The notes below the pieces were generated by a model. It ran no database searches. It was not told the DNA's origin and saw only the letters and a list, made by a program, of their open reading frames with translations. This document shows positions 26,820-35,774 of a stretch of 64,000 nt of DNA, one piece after another. Where the stretch lies: the IMG/VR virus record IMGVR_UViG_3300042881_000982, one strand, 5' to 3'. The position numbers were made by a program, and so were the translations under genes. Every line of letters starts with the position of its first letter. Position 1 is the stretch's first letter. The DNA comes from an uncultured virus (IMG/VR IMGVR_UViG_3300042881_000982). Lineage: Duplodnaviria > Heunggongvirae > Uroviricota > Caudoviricetes.

Positions 26820-28639
26820 ACATCCTGACCATCGACTTCGAGACCTTCTACGACCGGAGCTATTCGTTATCCAAGGTGACAACGGAGGAGTATATCCGCG
26901 ACGAGATGTTTGAGGTTATCGGCGTATCAGTAAAGCGCAACGACGAGGAGGCGCAATGGTTCAGTGGGACCAAGGCGAAGACTAAGGCGTGGCTTGACCA
27001 GTTTGACTGGGACAACAGCATTGCTGTGGCGCACAACGCTGTGTTCGACATGGCTATCCTCAACTGGCACTTCGACATCCGCCCCAAGCGGATTGCTGAC
27101 ACGCTCTCCATGCTTCGCGCCATTGATGGGCCTGATGCGGGTAACAGCCTAGCTAAAGCTGCCGAGCGATATGGGCTGGGCGTCAAGGGTAACGAGGTGC
27201 TGAACGCACTGGGCAAGACACGTTTGGATTTTGAGCCAGACGAGATGGCGCGTTACGCTGGGTATTGTATCAACGATACCGACCTGACCTATGAACTGTT
27301 CCAACGGATCGCGGCTGGCTTTCCTGCTATTGAGCTACGTCTAATAGACCTGACGATCCGGATGTTTACGGAGCCTGTGCTAAGCTTAGACAAAGAAGTC
27401 CTCACAAACCACCTGTCTAATGTGAAGAGTGCCAAGGAAGCGCTCATGTCCAAGCTGAACTACGACAAGGCTGACCTGATGAGCAACCCCAAGCTGGCTG
27501 AACTGCTGGTGTTTCATGGGGTTGATGTGCCGATGAAGGTTAGCCCTGCTACGGGTAAGGAGACCTACGCCTTCGCCAAGAACGACGAGGCTTTCAAGGC
27601 GCTGCTGGACCATGAGAACCCACAGGTGCAAGCGATTGTCGCTGCGCGGCTAGGGGTAAAGTCTACGCTGGAAGAGACACGCACCGAGCGGTTCATCAAG
27701 ATTGCGGAGCGCGGCACATTGCCTGTGCCTCTACGCTACTACGCTGCACATACTGGGCGATGGGGAGGGGACGATAAGGTTAACCTCCAGAACCTACCCC
27801 GCAAGTCACCATTGAAGAAGGCGATGCGCGCACCAGACGGGTATATCTTTATCGACTGCGATAGCAGCCAGATCGAAGCGCGGACCTTGGCGTGGCTGGC
27901 TGGGCAGTATGACCTCGTTGATGCGTTCGACAAAGGTGAGGACGTGTATAAGATTATGGCGTCTTCCATCTACGGTGTGCCTGTCGATGAGGTGACAGAC
28001 CCGCAGAGGTTCGTGGGTAAGACCACCATCCTTGGTGCAGGGTATGGTATGGGCGCTGTGAAGTTCCAAGCGCAGCTAAAGACCTTCGGTGTCGATATGC
28101 CAGCGGAGGAGTGCAAACGCATTATCACGGTATACCGTGAGACCTACCCCATGATACCCAAGCTATGGCGTCAGGCTGGGGACGCGCTGGATGCTATGGC
28201 TAACAACCAGACGGCCCCGATAGGGCTGGACGGTGTGCTGGTGGTGTATGGTAAGGACGGCATCAAGCTACCCAATGGGTTGAGCCTTAAATATCCAAAC
28301 CTGCGCTGGAAACCTATGCTGGGTGGTAACCACAATGAGATGGTCTACGACCAGAAGAAGGGCCGCGCCGTCATCCCGACCCGCATCTACGGTGGGAAGC
28401 TGGTGGAGAATATCTGCCAAGCCTTGGCGCGTATCGTGATTGGCGAACAGATGCTGATGGTCGCACGACGCCTGCGAGTGGTGATGACTGTACATGACGC
28501 AGTAGGAGCAATCGCCCCTACAGGGAAAGCCGCAGAGGCAAGAGAATATGTGGAGCAGTGTATGCGTATACGCCCCAAGTGGGCAACGCTGCTGCCGTTG
28601 AACTGTGAGAGCAAGATGGGAGTGAGTTATGGCGGATAG
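26816..28639 (+). CDS. Family A DNA polymerase with 3'-5' exonuclease (Leu762 type)
   Basis: Likely GTG start 26816; IDFET, AHNAVFD, YCIND (exonuclease); HTGRW, NLQNLP, DSSQIEAR (motif A), R..GKTTILG.GYG (motif B), VHD (motif C). Confidence 0.93.
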   Translation: MNILTIDFETFYDRSYSLSKVTTEEYIRDEMFEVIGVSVKRNDEEAQWFSGTKAKTKAWLDQFDWDNSIAVAHNAVFDMAILNWHFDIRPKRIADTLSMLRAIDGPDAGNSLAKAAERYGLGVKGNEVLNALGKTRLDFEPDEMARYAGYCINDTDLTYELFQRIAAGFPAIELRLIDLTIRMFTEPVLSLDKEVLTNHLSNVKSAKEALMSKLNYDKADLMSNPKLAELLVFHGVDVPMKVSPATGKETYAFAKNDEAFKALLDHENPQVQAIVAARLGVKSTLEETRTERFIKIAERGTLPVPLRYYAAHTGRWGGDDKVNLQNLPRKSPLKKAMRAPDGYIFIDCDSSQIEARTLAWLAGQYDLVDAFDKGEDVYKIMASSIYGVPVDEVTDPQRFVGKTTILGAGYGMGAVKFQAQLKTFGVDMPAEECKRIITVYRETYPMIPKLWRQAGDALDAMANNQTAPIGLDGVLVVYGKDGIKLPNGLSLKYPNLRWKPMLGGNHNEMVYDQKKGRAVIPTRIYGGKLVENICQALARIVIGEQMLMVARRLRVVMTVHDAVGAIAPTGKAAEAREYVEQCMRIRPKWATLLPLNCESKMGVSYGG

Positions 28640-29282
28640 CATGGAGCGTTTGAATATCACCCATATACTGGATGAGTGGCCTAGCGGATTGATTAACGCG
28701 GACGAAGTAGCCGATAAGCTGGGGGTGTCTGCCACACGGATTACTGACCTAGCGAATAGCGGCTTTGCCCCGCATTATAAGATTGACGGTGGAGAAATCC
28801 GTTTCAAGTTAGTCGAGGTGAAACGCTGGGCGGTCAAAAATATAATGCAGTATAACGCAGGTAAGGACCTACCCGAACCTGTGATTGTCGTGGCCCACAA
28901 ACCCCGTGCCAACCCTCAGGATGTCCCATACGCAATCCAAGCGGTGCCTAACTTGCGCGATCTGGGTGACTTTATGGTAGGCTCCGGCATCTACTTCCTA
29001 TGCTACAAACAAGAGGTCGTTTACGTAGGGCAATCGGTGAATATCACTGCGCGTATTACAGCACACGCAGGTAAGACATTTGATCGAGTTTTCTTCTTAC
29101 CTTGGCCGAAGGACGATTTAGACCGCGTGGAAGGTGCGTTCATCCGCACGTTGAGAGCACCTTTGAACATGACGGTGCGTGGCGCACCTGCGGCACCCGC
29201 ATCTAGGCAGGATGACGCCGAGGTAATTCGCACCCTCAAACTGTTTAGCGAAGAAAAAATAATGGAGATGTTTAATGACTGA
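28629..29282 (+). CDS. HTH (excisionase-like) + GIY-YIG domain protein
   Basis: LINADEVADKLGVS...PHYKI.G.IRF; GIYFL....VVYVGQS.NI.ARI..H. Confidence 0.65.
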   Translation: MADSMERLNITHILDEWPSGLINADEVADKLGVSATRITDLANSGFAPHYKIDGGEIRFKLVEVKRWAVKNIMQYNAGKDLPEPVIVVAHKPRANPQDVPYAIQAVPNLRDLGDFMVGSGIYFLCYKQEVVYVGQSVNITARITAHAGKTFDRVFFLPWPKDDLDRVEGAFIRTLRAPLNMTVRGAPAAPASRQDDAEVIRTLKLFSEEKIMEMFND

Positions 29283-29745
29283 TAAACGTACATTTTTATC
29301 AGAGCTTCGGGGCATCTGGCGTGGAGTAATCGGTGACGAAGGTGGGCACTGCCCATGCTGCGATAGGTGGGGTAAGATTTACCCGCGTAGCCTTAACGAG
29401 ACTATGGCACGGTCGCTGGTATGGTTGACGCACCACAGCGCCAATGGTGACTGGGTGGATGTGCCGCGCCGCGCACCACGCTGGCTGGTGAAGTCTAACC
29501 AACTGCCGACCCTGCGTTGGTGGGGGTTGGTGGAGCGCCTTGACACCGAGGATAAGACACAGAAACATTCCGGCCTTTGGAGGGCTACCAAGAGGGGCGT
29601 CCTGTTCGCGCAGAACCGCCTACAGGTACCGAAGAAGGTCTACACCTACAACGCCGAGGTCGAGGGCTTTAGCGAAGAGTTAATAACGATCAGAGATTGC
29701 GTTGAGAGCTTTGACTACAGCGCCGTAATGGAGAACAACGCATGA
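29275..29745 (+). CDS. Hypothetical protein (CPCC motif, winged-helix-like)
   Basis: 156 aa, overlapping its neighbours. Confidence 0.65.
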   Translation: MTDKRTFLSELRGIWRGVIGDEGGHCPCCDRWGKIYPRSLNETMARSLVWLTHHSANGDWVDVPRRAPRWLVKSNQLPTLRWWGLVERLDTEDKTQKHSGLWRATKRGVLFAQNRLQVPKKVYTYNAEVEGFSEELITIRDCVESFDYSAVMENNA

Positions 29746-30224
29746 GCGAACCGCATGACGTAGTGAAACTACTGGCTGCCCGTATGGAGAGCCACCCAGA
29801 GGAGTTTGCGCCGGACGGAGAGGGGCGGTGGGCACAGTGGCTTGACGAACTTATACCGTTCGTCACCGAAGCCGAGCGTGTGCTCCTCCGTGGGCCTATG
29901 ATGCAGACCTTCCACGAGCAGGTGCTGGACGAACTTATGAACGGCCCCGAACGCCGCCGCAAGGAAGCGGAAGAGCAGGAGTATGAGCGTAACCTCAAAA
30001 AGTCACTCATGCTTACACAGCAGCAGATGATGCAACAGGCGCAGCAAGGTTTACAGAACGCCTACTCAAACGCGTACGACGTGGACCGTGATATGTACCG
30101 GAGCGCAGGGATTACACACATAGCGGGTCAAGGTCCGAGCCTAAAGGCTGGCATCACCACCCAACCAACCCTTTCAACATCAGCCATCAATCAAATCAAA
30201 CAAGCGCTAGGAATTAAAAAATGA
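29742..30224 (+). CDS. Hypothetical protein
   Basis: 160 aa, LLARMESHPEEF. Confidence 0.65.
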   Translation: MSEPHDVVKLLAARMESHPEEFAPDGEGRWAQWLDELIPFVTEAERVLLRGPMMQTFHEQVLDELMNGPERRRKEAEEQEYERNLKKSLMLTQQQMMQQAQQGLQNAYSNAYDVDRDMYRSAGITHIAGQGPSLKAGITTQPTLSTSAINQIKQALGIKK

Positions 30225-30826
30225 GCGAGTATCAATTCACCAAGGACTGGTTCAACTGGGCACCGGAGGTCTGGACGCAGCTTATCCCGCACCTGTCGGG
30301 TAAAGCGGGTACGCGCACCTTTCTTGAGATTGGTTCCTTCGAAGGTCGCAGCACTGTCTGGATTGCCGAGAACATGATGCAGGATGGCGACTGGATTGTC
30401 TGTATAGATACGTGGGAAGGCGGCGAGGAGCACAGTGCCGAGGATATGGCGGCTGTCGAGGCGCGGTTTGACCGTAATACGGAGTTGTTTGGTATCAAAC
30501 ACAACCACGAGCGGGTTATTAATAAGAACAAAGGCAAGTCAACACATTGGCTAGCCTATGAGATACACGAACAGCAAAGCGAAGTGGACTTCATCTACAT
30601 CGACGGAAGCCACATCGCCAAGGACGTGCTGACCGATGCGTGTATGGCTTGGCAGTTGCTCAAGCCCAAGGGGATGATGGTGTTTGACGATTATATGTGG
30701 GGCAACCCGCGTGACATCCTGCACCGCCCCAAACCAGCCATCGACGCCTTCTGCAATATCTTCGCGGAAGAAGCAGAGATTGTCCACGTTGGATACCAGT
30801 TAGTTGTACGCAAGAAGGGAGAGTGA
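30221..30826 (+). CDS. Class I SAM-dependent methyltransferase (Methyltransf_24-like)
   Basis: FLEIGSFEGRS, CIDTW, DFIYIDGSH, LKPKGMMVFDDY. Confidence 0.85.
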   Translation: MSEYQFTKDWFNWAPEVWTQLIPHLSGKAGTRTFLEIGSFEGRSTVWIAENMMQDGDWIVCIDTWEGGEEHSAEDMAAVEARFDRNTELFGIKHNHERVINKNKGKSTHWLAYEIHEQQSEVDFIYIDGSHIAKDVLTDACMAWQLLKPKGMMVFDDYMWGNPRDILHRPKPAIDAFCNIFAEEAEIVHVGYQLVVRKKGE

Positions 30827-30828
30827 GT

Positions 30829-30996
30829 ATGGATTGGATTATGACTGTAGCAGTGTTTGTATCGGTGTTAGCTAGCTATGCGCTTGGGCGGCTTAGCGCC
30901 ATCGGACACTTCAAACGCGAGAACGAACGGTTGAATAAGGAGGTGCACAAGCTTACGGACCGCGACTCCAAGGGGCGTTTCACAGGAGGTAAGTAG
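30829..30996 (+). CDS. 55-aa membrane-anchored protein
   Basis: MDWIMTVAVFVSVLASYALG...RDSKGRFTGGK*; GGGAG RBS. Confidence 0.55.
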   Translation: MDWIMTVAVFVSVLASYALGRLSAIGHFKRENERLNKEVHKLTDRDSKGRFTGGK

Positions 30997-31175
30997 TGCC
31001 AGTAGTAAGACGGTCTATGACGGTATGGACACCTGAGAAAGACGCAGAGTTACTGAGTTATTATCAGCATGGCTTGAGGCCAGCATATATAGCGGAACGG
31101 ATGGGGCGTACGGTTGCTTCCGTGGAGGGCCGCTATCACAAGCTAAAGAGAAAGCAAAAAGCAAATGACGGATGA
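30996..31175 (+). CDS. GcrA-like (Myb/HTH) DNA-binding protein
   Basis: GTG start, GGAGGT RBS; ..WTPEKDAELLSYYQHGLRPAYIAERMGRTVASVEGRYHKL; 59 aa, missed by the ORF track. Confidence 0.6.
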   Translation: MPVVRRSMTVWTPEKDAELLSYYQHGLRPAYIAERMGRTVASVEGRYHKLKRKQKANDG

Positions 31176-31938
31176 AATTAAAGTACCGACCAAGCGCCCA
31201 AGCATTATGATCGCCACACCTATGTACGGTGGTATGTGCACGGGAACTTATGTGCAGGGCTTGCTGATGACCATGCAGAAGATGCGTGAAGTGGGCGTCA
31301 ACGTGGCGTGGTGCCAGATTATGAACGAGAGCCTCATCACCCGTGCCCGTAACGAACTGGCCCGTGTGTTCCTTGCTAGTGACCATGACTACCTCATGTT
31401 CATCGACGCTGACATTGGCTTTAATGGTGAGGCAGTCGCACAGCTTATGCTGGCTGACAAGGACATCGCCTGTGGCATCTACCCCAAGAAGGAAGTGAAC
31501 TGGGACAGCGTCAACCGTGCGGCACTGGCTGGCGAGACGGACCTAGCAGAACATGCCGGAGCCTTTGTGTTCAACATGGTTGGGAGTGGAGACGCGCACA
31601 GTGACGAGAGCGGCTGCATCGAAGTCCGCCATGGCGGCACAGGCTTCATGCTCATCAAGCGGGGGGTGTTCGAGCATCTTATACCCCACGTTCCAACCTA
31701 TCGCGTATCGTCGTTCAAAGACCCAGAGACAGACGAGTACGCCAAGCCTTTGACCCATGAGTTTTTCGCTACGTCAATCGACGAGAGCGGGGCGCTGTTG
31801 TCAGAGGATTACCATTTTTGTGAACTGTGGCGCACCCACGGTGGCAAAATCCACGCCCACCCGTTTATCCGGCTGACCCACACAGGCACCTATGTGTTTG
31901 ATGGGGACATTCTGAAAAGCGGCGGCAATCTCAAGTAA
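31165..31938 (+). CDS. GT-A fold glycosyltransferase-like protein
   Basis: IATPMYGG, ESLITRARN, LMFIDADI, GTGFMLIKR, LSEDYHFC, LTHTG. Confidence 0.7.
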   Translation: MTDEIKVPTKRPSIMIATPMYGGMCTGTYVQGLLMTMQKMREVGVNVAWCQIMNESLITRARNELARVFLASDHDYLMFIDADIGFNGEAVAQLMLADKDIACGIYPKKEVNWDSVNRAALAGETDLAEHAGAFVFNMVGSGDAHSDESGCIEVRHGGTGFMLIKRGVFEHLIPHVPTYRVSSFKDPETDEYAKPLTHEFFATSIDESGALLSEDYHFCELWRTHGGKIHAHPFIRLTHTGTYVFDGDILKSGGNLK

Positions 31939-31950
31939 GGAGCAAACGAC

Positions 31951-32466
31951 ATGAAGAAGAATACGAAAGCAGCAGGAATTATGAAACTGCTTAAGCAGGG
32001 CTACACCGCTAGGGAAATAAAAGACCGTATGGCAGTGAGCGAAAGTTACATCCATGCGGTTAAGAAACAGATGGAGAAAAAACCGTTCACATCTGAGGAA
32101 GTCGGTGTCCCCGAGGAGACAATTATTGAAGTGGCACTCGCAACCTTGCAGGGTAAGGGCAAACCAAAGCCCGGGGAGTTCATTCAAGCTGATACTAACG
32201 TAGACGCAATACTTGACGCCCGGGGTTCCCGTTATGGGAACTTCCTCGACCATGCGCGGATTACCCAGCGACTTAAGGAAGTGGCTCACGGCTTCGCCGC
32301 ACATCATGGTAAGACCTTTGATGTCGATCAGGCCGAGGCGCTGGACATGATCTTCCATAAGATTGGGCGCATCTTAAATGGTGACCCAAACTACGCTGAT
32401 AGCTGGATTGATATCGCTGGCTATGCTAAGCTGGTGGCTGATCGTTTAGAAGGAAAAGTACGATAA
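31951..32466 (+). CDS. HTH + DUF6378-like protein
   Basis: ILDARGSRYG.F, KIGRILNGDP, DSWIDIAGYA. Confidence 0.65.
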   Translation: MKKNTKAAGIMKLLKQGYTAREIKDRMAVSESYIHAVKKQMEKKPFTSEEVGVPEETIIEVALATLQGKGKPKPGEFIQADTNVDAILDARGSRYGNFLDHARITQRLKEVAHGFAAHHGKTFDVDQAEALDMIFHKIGRILNGDPNYADSWIDIAGYAKLVADRLEGKVR

Positions 32467-32467
32467 C

Positions 32468-33139
32468 ATGACAGCATGGTCCTATAGCAGCATCAAGACC
32501 TTCGACCAGTGTCCGAAGAAATACTTCCACCTTAAGGTTGTGAAGGACGTCAAGGATGACCCCGGCGAAGCCGCTGTCTATGGGACCGCTGTTCACGAAG
32601 CGGCAGAGTTGTTCGTTAAGGACGGCACACCCATCCCCGAGAAGTTTGCTTACATGCGACCCATCGTGGAGCCGCTGGCTGCCAAGCAAGGTGAGAAGCT
32701 TACCGAGGTGAAGCTGGGCGTCAAGAAGACGGATACTGGCTTTGAGGCATGTGGCTTCTTCGACAAGGACGTCTGGTATCGCGGCATCGTTGACTTGGCG
32801 ATTATCGACGGCGACCGAGCTTGGATGGTTGACTACAAGACAGGCAAGAACGCCAAGTACGCAGACCTGAAGCAGTTAGACCTTATGGCTGCTGCGCTAT
32901 TCGTAAAGTACCCAGACCTGAAGATCATAAAATCGGCGCTGGCCTACGTGGTCAGCCACGAGTTCCCAAAGAAGACCCATAAGCGTGAGAAGATGGCCGA
33001 GTATATGTCGGTGTTCGATGACCAATTAGACCAGTTGGAAGCTTCCATGGATAATGGTATATGGAACGCCAAGACAAGTCCGCTTTGTGGGTGGTGCCCC
33101 GTCACCGCTTGCGAACACTGGAAACCACGGAGGAAGTGA
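32468..33139 (+). CDS. PD-(D/E)XK Cas4-like exonuclease
   Basis: WSYSS...QCP, GTAVH, GIVD, DYKTG, QL..., CGWCP...C. Confidence 0.85.
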   Translation: MTAWSYSSIKTFDQCPKKYFHLKVVKDVKDDPGEAAVYGTAVHEAAELFVKDGTPIPEKFAYMRPIVEPLAAKQGEKLTEVKLGVKKTDTGFEACGFFDKDVWYRGIVDLAIIDGDRAWMVDYKTGKNAKYADLKQLDLMAAALFVKYPDLKIIKSALAYVVSHEFPKKTHKREKMAEYMSVFDDQLDQLEASMDNGIWNAKTSPLCGWCPVTACEHWKPRRK

Positions 33140-33417
33140 TGGCCAGAGATTACAAGGCAGAGTACGAGAAGTACCAAGGTAAGCCAGACCAGATCAAGAA
33201 TCGGGCGCAGCGCAATGCAGCCCGTGCCAAGCTGGTGAAGGCTGGTAAAGCCAAGAAGGGTGACGGCAAAGACGCTGGCCATGTGAAAGCCATTGACAAG
33301 GGTGGCTCAATCAAGGACGGTATCCGGCTCGTTAACAAGTCTGCCAACCGTTCGTTCAAGCGGGACAGCAAGGGTAACCTCGTATCGGAGACGAGTAAGC
33401 GCGAACGCAAAAAATAA
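33139..33417 (+). CDS. Small HNH-like endonuclease protein
   Basis: Start ATG 33139; RDYKAEY...RNAARA...GDGKDAGH....KGG......NRS. Confidence 0.6.
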   Translation: MARDYKAEYEKYQGKPDQIKNRAQRNAARAKLVKAGKAKKGDGKDAGHVKAIDKGGSIKDGIRLVNKSANRSFKRDSKGNLVSETSKRERKK

Positions 33418-33435
33418 ACACCTAGGAGCAAACTG

Positions 33436-34980
33436 GTGCAAATCATTGAGAACAAGGCGTTGCTGGTCAACGCAGCGGACTCGTCCGTCATCACGGACAA
33501 TATACATAAGAGCGCAGATACAGCCGAAGGTGTCCTTGTCAAATGGGGACACACCGAGAGCGAAATCCTAGCCAAGCTGGGCTTCGACGATACCCCATCG
33601 CCCATCCTTAAGAGCTACCAATGGACTGGTAAGCTCACCCCGTTCGAGCACCAGAAGACCACAGCCTCGTTCCTCTCCATCCGGCGCAGAGCGTTTTGCT
33701 TCAACGAGCAGGGCACAGGCAAGACGGCGTCCGTCATCTGGGCAGCCGACTATCTCATGAACCGTGGCGATGTGAAGCGCGTCCTCGTCCTATGCCCGTT
33801 GTCCATCATGAAGTCAGCGTGGCAGCAAGACCTGTTCAAGTTCGCCATGCACCGTTCGTGTAGCGTGGCGCATGGTGCCGCCAAGCAGCGGGAGAAGATT
33901 ATCGCAGCGGGTGCCGAGTTCGTCATCATCAACTTCGACGGCGTGGCTATCGTCAAGGACCAGATTATCAATGGTGGCTTCGACCTTATCGTGATCGACG
34001 AGGCTAACGCCTATAAAAACGCGCAGACCAACCGTTGGAAAATCCTCAAGCAAATCGTGAACGCGACAGAACCTCACATCTGGATGCTTACTGGTACGCC
34101 AGCAGCACAGTCACCGCTCGACGCTTATGGCCTCGCTAAGCTGGCTGGTGGACCTAACTGCCCCAAGTTCTACGGTCAGTATCGCGACCAAGTAATGATG
34201 AAGGTGACCCAGTTCAAATGGGTTCCCAAGCCCAAGGCGCAGGATATTGTGCATAGCATACTCCAGCCAGCCATCCGGTTCGAGAAGAAGGATTGCTTGG
34301 ACCTACCCGAGGTGACCCACACCGAGCGCGAAGCGCCGCTCTCCGCGCAGCAGATGAAGTATTACAAGCAGCTTAAGAGCCAGATGCTGATCGAAGCTGG
34401 GGGCGAAGAGGTCAGCGCGGTCAACGCCGCTACACGCATCAACAAGCTGCTCCAGATCAGCGGAGGCGCGGTCTACACGGACACTGGTGAGGTGTTGGAG
34501 TTCGACGTCAGCAACCGCATCAACACCGTGCTGGAAGTCATTGAGGAAGCCACCAGTAAGGTGCTGGTCTTCGTGCCGTTCACGCACACCATCGAGCTTC
34601 TACGCGCCAAGTTGGAGAAGCAGGGCATCTCCTGCGATGTCATCAACGGCAAGGTGCCAGTCAACAGGCGCAGCGACATCGTCACGCGGTTCCAAAACGA
34701 GAAGAACCCACACGTCCTCATCATCCAGCCACAGGCTGCATCGCACGGGCTTACTCTTACGGCAGCAGATACTATCATCTGGTATGCCCCGGTGACTTCT
34801 GTGGAGACCTACCTACAGGCAAACGCCCGTATCAACCGCCCCGGCCAGAAGAACGCCATGACCATCGTGCATATCACGGGTAGCGAAGTCGAAGCGCGCC
34901 TCTATTCCATGCTGCGTGGGAACATTGAGAATCACGAACGCATCATTGATTTATACCGTAGAGAACTTGACACTGTATAA
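33436..34980 (+). CDS. SNF2-family helicase
   Basis: QGTGKT, IDEA, LTGTP, HGLTL, QANARINRPGQ. Confidence 0.9.
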   Translation: MQIIENKALLVNAADSSVITDNIHKSADTAEGVLVKWGHTESEILAKLGFDDTPSPILKSYQWTGKLTPFEHQKTTASFLSIRRRAFCFNEQGTGKTASVIWAADYLMNRGDVKRVLVLCPLSIMKSAWQQDLFKFAMHRSCSVAHGAAKQREKIIAAGAEFVIINFDGVAIVKDQIINGGFDLIVIDEANAYKNAQTNRWKILKQIVNATEPHIWMLTGTPAAQSPLDAYGLAKLAGGPNCPKFYGQYRDQVMMKVTQFKWVPKPKAQDIVHSILQPAIRFEKKDCLDLPEVTHTEREAPLSAQQMKYYKQLKSQMLIEAGGEEVSAVNAATRINKLLQISGGAVYTDTGEVLEFDVSNRINTVLEVIEEATSKVLVFVPFTHTIELLRAKLEKQGISCDVINGKVPVNRRSDIVTRFQNEKNPHVLIIQPQAASHGLTLTAADTIIWYAPVTSVETYLQANARINRPGQKNAMTIVHITGSEVEARLYSMLRGNIENHERIIDLYRRELDTV

Positions 34981-34995
34981 TATAAGGAGTATAAG
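34967..34995 (+). promoter_or_regulatory. sigma70-like promoter
   Basis: TTGACACTGTAT..., 17-nt spacer, TATAAG. Confidence 0.7.
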
Positions 34996-35000
34996 GAGGT

Positions 35001-35076
35001 TGTGTCGGTCCCCTTGCGACGGCGCTGAACAAAAAAGGCGGACCTGAATAGACAGGTTAAGATGGGGACCGGCACA
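35001..35076 (+). ncRNA. Structured 5' leader RNA (multi-stem junction)
   Basis: 13-bp closing stem UGUGUCGGUCCCC/GGGGACCGGCACA with inner hairpin GACCUG-AAUAGA-CAGGUU; starts at the predicted TSS. Confidence 0.5.
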
Positions 35077-35093
35077 CAAATGAAGGAGCAAAC

Positions 35094-35498
35094 ATGTCAG
35101 AACAAATACCAGTTAATGACCTCGTGTCTGCGTATCGTAAGTTACGCGCAGCCATAGCGGAGGCAGAAGAAGCCCATGAGGCCCGTGTGGCCTCGCTTAA
35201 GGAGAAGCTGGACCTTGTGTCCGGTGAGCTTCTGAACTTCTGTAATACGCAGAACCTTGATAGCGTGAAGACCCCAGTGGGGACGGTATCACGGCGTGTG
35301 CAAACGCGCTATTGGACCACCGATTGGGAGAAGATGAACGAATTTATCGTCGAGAACGAAGCCGTGCATCTGTTGGAAAAGCGCATCCACAACGGTAATA
35401 TGAAGCAATTCTTGGAAGAGAATCCGGACGCTCTTCCCATCGGCCTCCAAGTCGATAATAAGTACGTCATCCAAGTCCGCAAACCTAGCGAGAAGTAA
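35094..35498 (+). CDS. Conserved phage replication-module protein
   Basis: 134 aa; coiled coil, SVKTPVGT, DW, LLEKRI. Confidence 0.75.
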   Translation: MSEQIPVNDLVSAYRKLRAAIAEAEEAHEARVASLKEKLDLVSGELLNFCNTQNLDSVKTPVGTVSRRVQTRYWTTDWEKMNEFIVENEAVHLLEKRIHNGNMKQFLEENPDALPIGLQVDNKYVIQVRKPSEK

Positions 35499-35501
35499 GA
35501 T

Positions 35502-35774
35502 ATGGATATTATAGAAACGGTTACGCGGGTAGCACACGAAGCTACCCAAAGGTGGTCTGATGAAGGTATGCCAGATTGTTGGCAGCGCCCATGGGAAGAG
35601 CTATCCGACGAGGAGAAGAACTTCCTCCTAACTTTGGCTAAGGACATCATCTCTCAACCCGACATGACACCTGTAAACGACGACGATAAGTCCCCTCGGC
35701 AGATATTCATCGAAGGTATTTTCTGGGGTACGGTACGTACCCAGTACGCAATAAAATCAGGAGAAAACAAGTGA
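35502..35774 (+). CDS. Hypothetical protein
   Basis: 90 aa, PWEELSDEEK. Confidence 0.55.
   Translation: MDIIETVTRVAHEATQRWSDEGMPDCWQRPWEELSDEEKNFLLTLAKDIISQPDMTPVNDDDKSPRQIFIEGIFWGTVRTQYAIKSGENK

Noticed and set aside
35001..35076. tRNA or hammerhead ribozyme
   Set aside because: The length is tRNA-like, but there is no T-loop GTTCRA, D-loop or CCA, and no CUGAnGA/GAAA core.
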